Assembly (NCBI GenBank): GCA_028534125.1
Contig: CM052816.1
Span: 43,588,001-43,652,000, forward strand
Length of the DNA: 64,000 nucleotides
Direction: 5' to 3'
Source: Lama glama
Lineage: Eukaryota
Shown here: one piece after another, positions 38,560-49,720 of the stretch
Layout of the letters: every line of letters begins with the position of its first letter
Numbering within the stretch: position 1 is the first letter of the stretch
Translations under genes and position numbers: made by a program
Notes under the pieces: model-generated
Database searches by the model: none
Told to the model about the DNA's origin: nothing
The model's input: the letters and a program-made list of their open reading frames with translations, nothing else

Positions 38560-38999
38560 TGTAGCCTAGAGGGTTTGACCTCATTTTCCAGGATCCATTG
38601 TTAGTTGGATTTTAGCCAGGTTTAGACAATGCAGATACTTAAGGAGGACCGGAGGGCAGGAGGAAGGGGGAAGCCAGGATATTTCTTCCTGTCATTTTTG
38701 CATTGATCATCAGCCTCCAGGGCATTGGCTGCTGCTTTTGTAGGACAGCACCTCAGTCCCTGGTGTTAAAAACTCTAGTTGACCTTGACTCTTGGCCTTG
38801 GGTAAGGCTACCCTCCCCCTTTGTTATCTCAGCCCTAGAGGTGGTGGTAACTTTAAGTCTTGCAAATTTCTGGGTTGCCTCATCGTTGGCTTTCAGGCCT
38901 TTCGATTCTTCCTTTGCCTTTGTAACTGGTTCTCCATATGAAATTCCCTTAGTATTTGCCCAGTGGACACTGTTTTCCTAGCTGGACTCTGGCTGATGA
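38560..38999 (+). mobile_element. ERVL LTR, LTR41/LTR33-like
   Basis: GGAGGGCAGGAGGAAGGGGGAAGCCAGGATATTTCT...CAGCCCTAGAGGTGGTGG...TTTCTGGGTTGCCTCA...TGTTTTCCTAGCTGGACTCTGGCTGATGA. Confidence 0.65.
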
Positions 39000-39114
39000 A
39001 GACATAGGAGGCTGCTAATCATATCTACTGATAACATACATTCTCTCTTGCTTTCAAATCTATACATAGTAAAAACAAAATATTTCTTGAAGATACCCCA
39101 TTAACAGCTGACTT

Positions 39115-39672
39115 AAGGTGGTATAATGTAGCCATTAAGAGTATGGTCTTTGAAACCAGACTGCCTGGGTTCACATCTCAGATCCACCTCTTATTAGATA
39201 TGTCACCTTAGGCAATATGTCTACATTCTCTTTATCTCAGTTTTCCCACCTGTAAATTAGGAATATTAAAAGCATTTATTTTAAATAATTGTGTGAGACT
39301 TAAAGAAAGCACTTTGCTTATTTGAAATAATTTGAGCCATATGTGCTTTGAATTGAGAGTGTTTTTTAGAAAGGTGACATGGTACATGTGATTTATATTT
39401 ATGTTACGTAATATACCGTATATTACGTAGTACCCCCAGTGGAATCTGGGGCACTAATTAGTAGTCAAACATGAACACCTTCTACAGCTAAAAATCAGGT
39501 CAGATTCTGCTGCCAAATGAATTTGGTCGAGTTTTGCTGACAGTTGTGTTCCAAAAAACCTGGTTGACAAAGGTTCTCAGATTTTAGAGTTATGAGTGAG
39601 GGATTATGGACCATAATGCAAAAACATTTAGAACAATGTCTGCTACGTAGTAAGCACTAGATAAATGTTAGT
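39115..39672 (+). mobile_element. MIR SINE split by a MER46C insertion
   Basis: 5' part TTAAGAGTATGG...CCAGACTGCCTGGGTTCA...CTCAGTTTTCCCACCTGTAAA (to ~39300). 3' part AAAACATTTAGAACAATGTCTG...TAGTAAGCACT (39613-39672). Confidence 0.75.
39310..39612 (-). mobile_element. MER46C-like Tigger (TcMar) MITE
   Basis: TATACCGTATATTACGTA..ACCCCCAGTGGAATCTGGGGCA, CAGGTCAG and terminal GGGATTATGGACC match MER46C as recalled. Confidence 0.75.
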
Positions 39673-41307
39673 GAAAACTTCTTTCAGTTTGGCACTGATT
39701 CATCATTTTCTCTACCCAGCTTGATTAAAAAAAAAAAAAAAAAGTCCATTCAGGAGGAAGGGCCTCAGGTTTTTCCTGGATTTAATAGCTCCGAAATCAT
39801 GAGGCAAGCCAACCTCTGATTTTTAAAGTTCAAAAATGCCACATGTCTTTTGTACTAATTATTTCAGCTCAATAGAAAATATCAACAAACATGGCAATTG
39901 AGCAAGTCAGCTGTTAAGCCCATATAGGTAGAAATTTATTTTGTTAGCCAGGAACATCTAATAGATTGAATGCTGACGTTATCAAATATAACACCAACAA
40001 AATTAGAGAAATACTGGTCTAAGTTTTCAGTTTCATCCTGTGTTTGAATCACTCAATGGCAGTGACTCACTCCCTAGAAAAATCTAAGTCTTCTTTTGCA
40101 GTCGGGCTGACTTCTCAGCCACACTGATCAGTCTAGTGCAGGAACCCTGCATATCAGCAATTCTGTGCATTTCCTCAGCTCTGGTGGATTCAATGGGCTG
40201 CATTTGTCTTGGGAACTTGAGTTCTAGGATAGAAACAGAATTGATTTTTTTTAAAATTAAACTTTAAGGTAAAATATTAAAAAAATAGCTCTAAAGGATG
40301 AAGTGTAAAAAGCTGTCATAAACTTTAAGATTGGAATTATCTCCGCCCCTATTAAAGTTGGATGCATTAATACATACATCACGGATTTTCTTTCTAACCT
40401 TTCCTTGTGGGGACCATCACTTTTCTTGCTCATACTGGGCTAATACAGAAAGTTTAAAGTGAGTATCTGACTAATTTCGTAAAAGACTTTGGAAGATCTA
40501 ATAGCAGTGTTTAAAAAAAGCCCCACTATTTAAGCATTGTAATACCAAAATTATTGAATAAAACGCCTGTTTTGTTCTAGGCAAATTTCCCTTTCATTAT
40601 TTTCTATGGCTCTGTAGAAATGTTTCTTTTGGAACTGCCCATGGAGGTTTGTTCTCCATCTTTTCTAACACTGATAATTCTTCCAGAAGGGAACAGTACC
40701 TTTCAACTGAGCCATTTAACTCAACAGGGGGCCCAACAGATGGAGACCAAGCTGGAGAGAGCCTAGAGCTTTTGGCTCCAGTCTTCCACACCAGCGGTGG
40801 GACAGCAGCGACGACAAGGGCATGGAAGGCCAAACGGTCCAAAGCAGACTTGGATTTCCTTCCTCCGTCGAGGTGAGGTGCCCTCCACAAAAGCTTGCCT
40901 CCGGCTACTTACACGTTCCCTTACGTGACTTCAGAGTAGAGGCTGCAGCAAAGGGCAGTCCCCTCTCCTCCAGTCCCAGTGCCATCCTCTTGGGGCCACT
41001 GTCAGCGGCTCCTCGGACGGTTTCCTTTTCTACCATCTCCGTCCAGCTTATTTCTGAGGTTGCTTCAGTCAGACACTCGATCTTATTTCAGAGCCCAGCT
41101 CACAAGCTGTTTCTGAGAAAACTTCCTGTTTTAAAAATTTCTGTTGCTAAAATGCCTTCAGGTGTTAGATTGTCACTTCGGGATCTCTGCCATTTATTTA
41201 TTTATGCAGAAGCAAGTTCCTGCTTCACTTTCTGATGGGTATACGTCAGTATCTATCAGTATTGTGTATCCACAAGTAGTATTTATTGTACCATGTCTGT
41301 ATATCTG

Positions 41308-41718
41308 TCTTGGTTTGGACTGTCGTAACAAAACACCACAGACTGGTGATTGAAGCATCAGGGGTTTATTTTCTCACACTTCTGGAGGCTGGAAGTCCAT
41401 GATTTGGGTGCCAGCATGGTTGGTTTCTGGTGACTGCTCTCTTCCTGGCTTGTAGAAAGCTACCATCTTGCTGTGTGCTCACCCGGCATCTTCTTTGTTT
41501 GGAAGTGGAGCGAGAGAGTGAGCAAGCTCTCTGGTGTCCTTTTTATAAGGGCATGAATCTATCATGAGAGTCCCATCCTCATGACCTCACCTAAACCTAA
41601 TTACCTCCCAAAGATTCCATCACCAAATACCACATCGGAGGTGAGGGCCTCAACATGTGAATTTTGGAGTAGGGGCCAGGGGTAGGGGTGTGGGGACACA
41701 AAACATTCAGTATATATA
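41308..41718 (-). mobile_element. MLT1A/MLT1A0 MaLR solo LTR
   Basis: GTAACAAAACACCACAGACTGG...TTCTGGAGGCTGGAAGTCC...CCTCATGACCTCACCTAAACCTAATTACCTCCCAAAG...GGGGACACAAAACATTCAGT. Confidence 0.88.
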
Positions 41719-42644
41719 TGTTGGAGAAGTTCACCACCCCAGGGGCTTAGCCCCATAACCATATTTAAGCCAAGCCTGTGCTTCCATCTAAATTAAATTA
41801 AAGGCAAAGCTCAGTATCTGTGGCAAGATGGGAATAATTTTGTCTCTTGAAGTATCCTGGTAGAATTAAATATGTTTTGAGGAAGCATCAGTCTCCTGCT
41901 AGGTAAGTAGAAAAAGTTCAAATATAAATTTAAAACCATTATAGGAAATGTAATACATAATAATAATGAAGCCAGAGGTAAAGACAAAAACTCAGAAGTA
42001 CCAAATATTTCTTAGGACCAGTTTCAGTTTCTAATAATTCCCATAGGGAAAGCCCAAACGAGACAATACAGATGTGAAGCAGCTTTGTAAGGCATGAAGC
42101 CTTTGAAATGAATTTCTGTTATTTGCGTTGCTGACTCGTGCTATTCCATTGTCCTGTACCTTGGCCCAGATTCTCATCCCCTGGGGCAAGGAGACCAGAT
42201 TTACAGCAGTCCCCGGAGAGGAGACCTGTGGGGGTTCTGTAGGTGGGGGCAGAGGAGGCTGGCTGCTGTGAGAGCTGGGAGGTTGCGCCTGTGACTTCTT
42301 GTCGCATCTGATTCCCAGAGCCCACGGACAGGATATCTGAGCACAGCACATTGGATTCCTCCAAACACCCACTTTCTGAAGTCCCTCAGAGAGGCGCACA
42401 GAAACTGCTTCTGGGATGGCAGCTAGAAGACGAGGTCCTGCTTGGGAGAACACGTGGGAGGAGAGGGGAGCCTAAACCAGGGTGCAAGCTAAGAGTCCAA
42501 TATCATCGACCTTTTCAGTTACAGAGTACAAAAGTGAATGCCATCTTCCTGAGTGAGGGATGTTTACGCTCTTTCCAAATTTTTCCACTGTTTTGCCTGA
42601 CAGAGCCTAACAACCTCTTCTTTACTAAGTTTTATATTCATACG

Positions 42645-43130
42645 TGGTAAGGAAGAGCCCAGGCTATGGAGTCAGCAGACTTGGATTGTCTTACTTTGCC
42701 TCTGACTAGCTGTGTGGTCTTGAGTAACTTACTCAACATCTCTGAGCTTGTTTGCTCATTTGTAAAGTGGGCTAAAGTTAGTACCTACATATTGTTGTTA
42801 TAGTGAGAATTTAATGAGACAATGCAGGGAAAACACCTAGCCCAAAGCCTTGCACAGAGTAGGTATTCAGTGGCTATCAGCGATTCTTGATTTTATTGTG
42901 GCTAATATTATTGTTTCTGCCTAAGGTTGAATCCTAGCTCTACCACTTATTAAATATGTGACTTTGGGCATATTGCTTAACCACTAGCTCTGTGCTGCAG
43001 TTTTCTCACCTGTAAAATGGGCATCATAATACTACCTATCTCATAGGATTGCTATGAGGATTAAATAAACTTAATAGCTAAGTCCTTAAAAGAGTGCCTG
43101 GGACATAAAAATGCTAAGTAAGTGCTGGTT
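42645..43130 (+). mobile_element. Two tandem MIR SINEs (42645-42880 and 42925-43130)
   Basis: GGCTATGGAGTCAG...CTAGCTGTGTGGTCTTGAG and GAATCCTAGCTCTACCACTT...CAGTTTTCTCACCTGTAAAATGGG...TACCTATCTCATAGGATTG. Confidence 0.8.
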
Positions 43131-44875
43131 AAATAGTAACATTATTCTCATTACACTAATCACATTCAAGAGATTCTCTTTCTCTTTACCTAGGAAACTC
43201 CAAACCAAGAATTTGCATTCTAATAAAATAGGCTTTTCAAAATTGTGAAAACTATCCAGTTAACTATACTTGAATGAAAAAAATCAGGCTAGATTATTTA
43301 AAAATCTTAGAACTACTTTATTAATGAAACGTTTTCTGGTTATTGCATTTAATTCACAGAGTTGAGATTTTCATAAATATGAATTTATGTCTTAAACTTC
43401 CACTGCATAAAGCTTGCAGGCAAACCTTAGGGCAATCAAAAGATTGGCCTCAGCAAAATCTAAAACAGTAAAAAGGGACATTGGACTCTGAGAACTGACT
43501 ACATATGCTGAAAACTGAATTATGTAAATGTATATTCAAGTTTCTGGAAGTAAAGCCACACTACTCACAGATAAAACTCCATCCTCTACGCTTGTGAAGG
43601 GAATGTAGAGTGTCGGTTAACTGGGGCGGTTCTAGCTCCCTCCATGGCCAGGTGAGGAGGTGCCAGCACCTGGGATGTGGTTAAGGAGGTGGTTTAGGTA
43701 TGGCTATTAGGGCAGGGGATCACAATCTTTCTTTGGGTCATTCACTTCTCTGAGGGTCTCATGTAAGTGTATCATCTCTGCTGAACAATACAAGTTTTTG
43801 TTTTCGTTTTTGTTTTTTTTTAAATCTCCCTGAAAAAAGGATGAAAAGACTGCATGAGTCCCAGGCTGAGAACTCCTGCTTAAATGCCTTGGAGCCAGCC
43901 TGGGCTCCACACCTAGGAAGAGTTCAGGGTCTGGGCAAGAGATTGGACCCCTCTGGGATCTCTATAACGTTTTATTATTCCTATGGAAGGGGGAAAAGTC
44001 ACTCTTGAATGGCAACATCCAAGCTTCCTTGGTGGCGGACAGGTCGGTCCCTAGCAGTTGGTTTGCACACAGCATATATGTGTTGAGATAGGAAACTATA
44101 CCATCGCTTCTGTGCACTTGATATGATCTAAGTTATTTCATTTTTCCTTTGACATGGAAATTCTTTATTTTACTTTTGGGGGATCGTGGAGGAAAAGTTG
44201 AAACTCAGAAAGGTTAGATGGCGTACCCAAATTTACACAGCTAGCCCCGGTGCCCAACTCTTCTTCCCATGTGGGGGAAAGGCATTTCTCTTCTCCATTC
44301 CTTGACATAATCCTTTGAAGATCTCACCCAGGTGCAAAAAAGGACTTCCCCATCACTGGAATTTATTTTATTACCTTTGATTAAATTGTTTTTGGAGGGA
44401 AGACTATCATCTTCTATCTTGTTTGTATGTAGAATTTTATTCTTGCAACCTTTCACTCTATTGGCGAGAAATAATAATAATCCAAACTTACATTTATTTG
44501 GTAATCTTCTTTTAAGGAACCGAGTGACTATAACCCCTGGCGGTTCTAAAATTCTTCAGTAACTTAAAAGTGTGTTGAGAATGTTGATGTCAAATGATGT
44601 CTCTCAAAGGGTTTCCTTTTTCTATTGAAGAAAATTTTATTTATTCATGTTAAAACAGTTAGTCAAGTCATGAGTTAACATACACTGAGTACCTACTATG
44701 TGCTGGATATAATGCTAATGGGCTGGTTGGATGAGTTGATTTTCTCCCTTTAAAATCTCAATTCTGCCTTATCAAATTTGAGATTAACTTGAAGCTTTAT
44801 GAAAAGCAAGATACCAAATACAGGGAATGCCAGGAGTTGTAGAAATTGGGATAATAGCTAGTATTTAAGGATCAT

Positions 44876-45417
44876 GGTGCTGGCTGTTACTAGTTTATCC
44901 TCTGGATCCACTTCTGCACTTTTTTGCCCTGTGCTATTCTTTGGAGCGTGTGTGTGTCACGGTGAGGATGATGGAAGCAACAGTGGGAATGCTGGTCTCT
45001 GCGTGTTGGTGCTCCTGACATCCCTTGCCTCTGTCTTCTGCTTGATGTTTGACCAACGGCAGATTAGTGGGAATCCAGAAGGCGGGAGGGGAGAGACGCC
45101 AGCGTATTTACCCTCGTTCTCTATCTCCTTTGTCATGATCTGGCAGGGATGAGTTCCTCTCCTGCTTTGCCTCTGTTGCAGGTTGCCTCTTTCATGGCAC
45201 CAGCTCTCTGCAGGCTGCATACATCGCACTGTAGATCTGTAACCTTGTATTGACTACTTGCCCTGTCTGTCCTAGGGATGGTACTGGCTGCCCGCTGTTG
45301 CTAGTCCCTGGAGGCCTCCCCATTCCTTATTGGTTCTTTTAGCTCTGCCCACACCCCTGTAAATAGCCCTTTATTTTGAATGTGCCATCTGTCTCCTTTA
45401 GCATCCTGACTGATACT
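44876..45417 (+). mobile_element. LTR33-like ERVL solo LTR
   Basis: TCCCTTGCCTCTG...GGCGGGAGGGGAGAGA...CCTAGGGATGGTA...CTGTTGCTAGTCCCTGG...CTGCCCACACCCCTGTAAATAG...TGTGCCATCTGT...CCTGACTGATAC. Confidence 0.78.
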
Positions 45418-45429
45418 GCCAATTAGTCT

Positions 45430-45640
45430 GTGCCAAACACTACACTACAACTTCAACATGGATTATCTCCTATAATACATACCTGCCCTGTGGGTTAGGG
45501 TCTAATATTACTATTATTTTTTTAAAAAACTGATCAAAAAGAAATTTAAAGAGTGACTTGCCCATGGGAACACAGCTTGAATGTGGCCAGGATTCAAACC
45601 CAGGCAGTCTTAATGCCAGAGCCCATCCTCTTAACCAAGA
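45430..45640 (-). mobile_element. MIR SINE
   Basis: GTGACTTGCCCATGGGAACACAGC...GCCAGGATTCAAACCCAGGCAGTCT...CAGAGCCCA...CTCTTAACCA. Confidence 0.75.
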
Positions 45641-45643
45641 TGC

Positions 45644-46057
45644 TGTATGTTTCTGGTCAGGTCCTCTGGGAGGCTGACTGTGAGATGAAGATTTGCAGGC
45701 AGGCAGAATTTTAGTGGGTAGAGCTCTCAGGATGAGCACTCGCAGAGGGTGGGGAAGGAAGCAGAGTTGGGGGTGAGGAGAAGCTGGTCTGCAGTGCAGG
45801 GGAAATGGCTAAGCCAGGCCAAGAGGGACTGGAGCTGGGAAGGCTTCCAAACTGGGCTAAGGAAGTGAGACTTGGACACCCTGGGACTGACCAGTCATTC
45901 AGTGCAGGGCTCTAAGCTTGGGCCCTCTTTGGCCAAGGCAAGTCTAGAAGAGAGACTCTGATGAGAGTATTGACTGCTAACACTCCCAGAAGCTGGGGGG
46001 ATGAGGGCCTAGTCTCGGAGGGTGGGTCTGGGCAGCACGCCATGGCATGCAATACAC
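45644..46057 (-). mobile_element. LTR16-family ERVL solo LTR
   Basis: GACTGTGAGATGAAGATTTGCAGGCAGG...GGAAGCAGAGTTGG...GACCAGTCATT...AACACTCCCAGAAGCTGGGG...TCTGGGCAGCAC...ATACA. Confidence 0.72.
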
Positions 46058-46160
46058 TGTTGGAAACACATGTGGAGGTCATGAGTTAGCAGCTTGCTCA
46101 TATCATGTGTGACCTTTGAAAACTTTATTAGACTCATGTACATAGTTGGTTTCCCTAGCA

Positions 46161-46163
<3 letters not shown>

Positions 46164-46204
<41 letters not shown>
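46164..46204. repeat. (TG)n microsatellite, ~20 units
   Basis: Uninterrupted GTGTGT... run. Confidence 0.97.
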
Positions 46205-46205
<1 letters not shown>

Positions 46206-46239
46206 TGATCATGATGTAATCATGCGATATTTGCTGAAA

Positions 46240-46410
46240 AACACTGAAGCAGGAGTCACAAGATGTGGATTCGGGTTTCTGCTCTGCAGCTTACTATGTG
46301 TCTTTCTTCAGTTTCCTTAATACTTCTGGATCTAGTTTCCTTATTCATAAATTGAGGAATTTTGATTAGATGGTTTCTAAAGCTACTTTAAGCTGTAAAG
46401 TTCAATGTTT
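46240..46410 (+). mobile_element. MIR3/MIRc-like SINE
   Basis: CAGGAGTCACAAGATGTGGATTC...CTAGTTTCCTTATTCATAAATTGAGG...GATTAGATGGTTTCTAA. Confidence 0.6.
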
Positions 46411-48566
46411 TTATTAACTTCTTAGCTTTCTAAAATCCAGAAATGGCAAAAGTAACATGTTGGAATGCTTTATAAGTCATGCTGGAGACCATTCCTTGCA
46501 GCCTCCAGTTAGCGACTTTCTCAGCTTTCTTAATAAATCATGACGAACATCATGAAAATCCTGCACAGCCCCAGTGTCACCCAATGATCTCTGAAGAGCA
46601 GAGATGCCCCTTTTCTCACTGGAATATCTTCATTCGGTGTATGTGAGATTTTAGAATGCTAGATGCTTCCCATTCTTTCTGAACACAGCTCATACTGATA
46701 TTTTATTTTAAGAATTGTTTTGAAATTGCTTCTGCAGGGTCACTGTTACACTTTGAACAGGCATGATTTTAATTTGGAGAGAGAGAGATTGTTCAAAGTG
46801 AGAAGGAGTGGAAAATGGCCTTAGCTTGAGTTGCTAAAATAAAACTGATTCTCAGAGTCTAGAAAGGCTAGACACATGAACAAACAGGTAAACAAACCAA
46901 GACTAGGTAACAAAAAAGAAAATGAAGTTATTGATGATAGTTTTCTTGACAGAATTCTGAAAAAATCGAGTAAGTACTCAAACATTGTGAACCTTAATTA
47001 AAACTAACATAAATATATCTTATCGAGATAGCGAAGGCTTAAATACTGAGCCAAGCAAATATAGAAATCCTTCAAGATTGATTTTCCTGAGCTATGGTAA
47101 AAGATTCAATGAAAATGGAAAATAACTATGATTGTCAGTCATGTATAGCGCTGCCTGTATGATTTCCCAGCGTAAGCCTTATGGTCAAAGCTGCTTGAAC
47201 CATAAATAAATAAATAGACGTACCTTCACTCTGGCTTCCTTACCTGACTCTCGTTAAACCCTATCAGCAGCTGTAGAGGGCCAAAGAAGCAATTTCAATA
47301 AATATTTCATTACATGGGAGCCCCATTTGCTGGCGTTTCAAATAAATAAGTACATTCTCTCACTCAGTGGACACTAGAAGGGGAAACTCTCCAGTTTCCA
47401 TTTTCAGACTTTTCTTTTACTTTCTGAGGCAAGGTCCGTCATTTTTGTTTTCCAGTGTACGACTGGATTATTTATTGGAGGAAAATGTTTTAAAGTAGGA
47501 AAAGGGGAAAAAAGATCCAACCAAATAATTTATCGAAGACTGTCTGTTGGCAGATTAATCCCTACCACTTGGCTAGGGCTCGTTTCAGAGTGATCAGACT
47601 GGCCAGGCTTAAATTGTGTGTCCACAAGAAGTTGCATAAATAACCTCAGATACTGTGAACCTCTTTGCACTCGGTCATCTTCACGACCTTCAAAGAAAAT
47701 GTCAGAAAAGTAGTAAGAAAAAATACAGCCCGAGATGCTCTAGTTATGGTATTTTCTCATAAATAACAACCTTTTTTGGCTCCTTTTATCTCAACACATT
47801 TATCAGTTAAGACTCATATGCTTCATGCTAAGTGAGTCAAAATGCTGCCTTTTTCCTCGTGGGTAACCTGGAAATACAATTAAATGTATTCTAAGTCATG
47901 CTTAGGGGCTATATTTAGAGCCAGGGTTAACTTTCTTAAGTAATAGCTTTATTTTACTTTCTGAACTGTATTCACTTTGAACATGGCCTTTAGAATATAC
48001 TGTGGTCCATTTTTAATCGTTCCCTTAATAAAGAGACTGTATATGTGGTAATGTTTGAAGAGATGATTTCCTGAAAAGCTCCAGCTTCCATCCTGCTGAT
48101 CCAAAGGCTGGGCCTTGATGGACAGCTACAGAGAAACAAGAGCTGTTTTAGTTAGACTTTGCTTGGCACCTCACATGTAGAAAATTCTCAATTTTGTTGG
48201 AAAAATTCATGAATAAGATAAATGACACCTTGGTTTATTTTCCTGGGAGAAGCAGAGTGATACGGTTAAAAAAAAATCTGCCAGCTATTGGAAGTCCCAT
48301 ACTCCAGTTCCACTTGCCATTGCATGATGATGAATGTCACCAAAACCTCTCAGTGAGATGCAATAATAATACTTGTCTCAGATTACTTTGAGTTGGTTTT
48401 TATACTAGTGAGATAATTTGCATGAAAACTCACTGTAAAATGTACAATTCCCTGCTAATAAAAGTAAGTTGTTATCACACTCATATTTTCACTGGCATGT
48501 GCATGTGTATATTAACCATTTTATACCTAGTATTTGAATTTAGTCATTTAAAAAATACTTTACCAT

Positions 48567-49048
48567 GTGTATCAGTTAGCTATTGCTGCATAACAACCCA
48601 CTCCAAAAACTTAATGGATTAAAACACCAACTGCTTATTTAGCTCATGATTCTGCAGGTTGGCAGTTTAAGCTAAGATCAGCTGGATGGTTGTTATTGAC
48701 TGGGATCTATGGCAAGCTACTGGGGGCTGGTTGGACCAGGATGTTTCAGCCAGAAAGCTTGGCCTTGTTCCGTGTGTCCTTTCATCCTCCAGCAGGTTAG
48801 TGTGGACTTGTTTTCATGGTGGTTCCAAGAGAGTAAACAGAAGAACATAGGACTTCTTGAAGTTTAGGCTTGGAACTGGCACAATGTAACTTGGTTAAAT
48901 TTCTGTTAGAAAGCAAATCCAAAGCCAACCCATATTAAATAGGTAGGGAAATGTATTCCATCTCTTGTGGAATATCTCCAAAGACATTTTAAAGGGTTGT
49001 GAACAGGGAGGGAAATAGTCGCAGCCATTTTGCAAACAATCTACCATA
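48567..49048 (-). mobile_element. MLT1F/H-like MaLR solo LTR
   Basis: TGTATCAGTTAGCTATTGCTGCATAACAACCCAC...GCTCATGATTCTGCAGGTTGG...TCATCCTCCAGCAGG...GGAACTGGCACA...GCCATTTTGCAAACAATCTACCATA. Confidence 0.82.
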
Positions 49049-49079
49049 CTCTGTCAGTGTCTTCATTTAATTATTTACC

Positions 49080-49720
49080 AAGCCACAAATCTGATCGTGT
49101 TACTTCTCTATCTAAAATCCTTTAGTGACTCTCCATTGCCTATAAAATGAAGTCCAAGCTTATAGCAAAGACCTCCATGAACTTTCTACACTGGCCTTAT
49201 CTGCCTGGTCTTTTACAGTTTAGGAACAGAGCATTTCTTACAGTTCCTATAAAGCTGTTGCTGTTTCTGGCCTCTGCAGTTCATGCTGCTCCCTGTACCT
49301 GTAGAGTCCCTCCCACCTTTCTTGCCTGGATAATCTTACTCATCCTAACGATGACTATAACAATACCACTTCTCATACGCCAGACAGTGTTCTAAACACT
49401 ATATACATATTATCCCTATGAGGGAGGTACTATTTTTAGCTCCTTCTCACAGATAAGGAAACTGGGGCACTGTGAAGTTAAGAAACTTGTCCAAGTTCAC
49501 TCAGCTAGACGTTTGGTTTCAGAATCAAGATCTGGAGTCTCTCAGTTTAACTTCCACGGTCTCCTAGCCCTTAAGACTCAGCTCAGTTTGATCAGTTTCC
49601 ATGGGTATCTTGACACTTCCTATGTTCAACTACCTGTTTCAATATCTGATGCCCCTTTGAGTTACAATCATCTCAAGAGTACAGAAATTGCCTTACATTT
49701 GTAGCCATTGAATCTAGCAT
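49080..49720. mobile_element. L2 fragment interrupted by a MIR (~49350-49560)
   Basis: L2: AAATCTGATCGTGTTACTTC...CTCCATTGCCTATAAAATGAAGTCCAA. MIR: CCCTATGAGGGAGGTACTA...ACAGATAAGGAAACTGGGGCAC...ACTTGTCCAAG. Confidence 0.65.
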
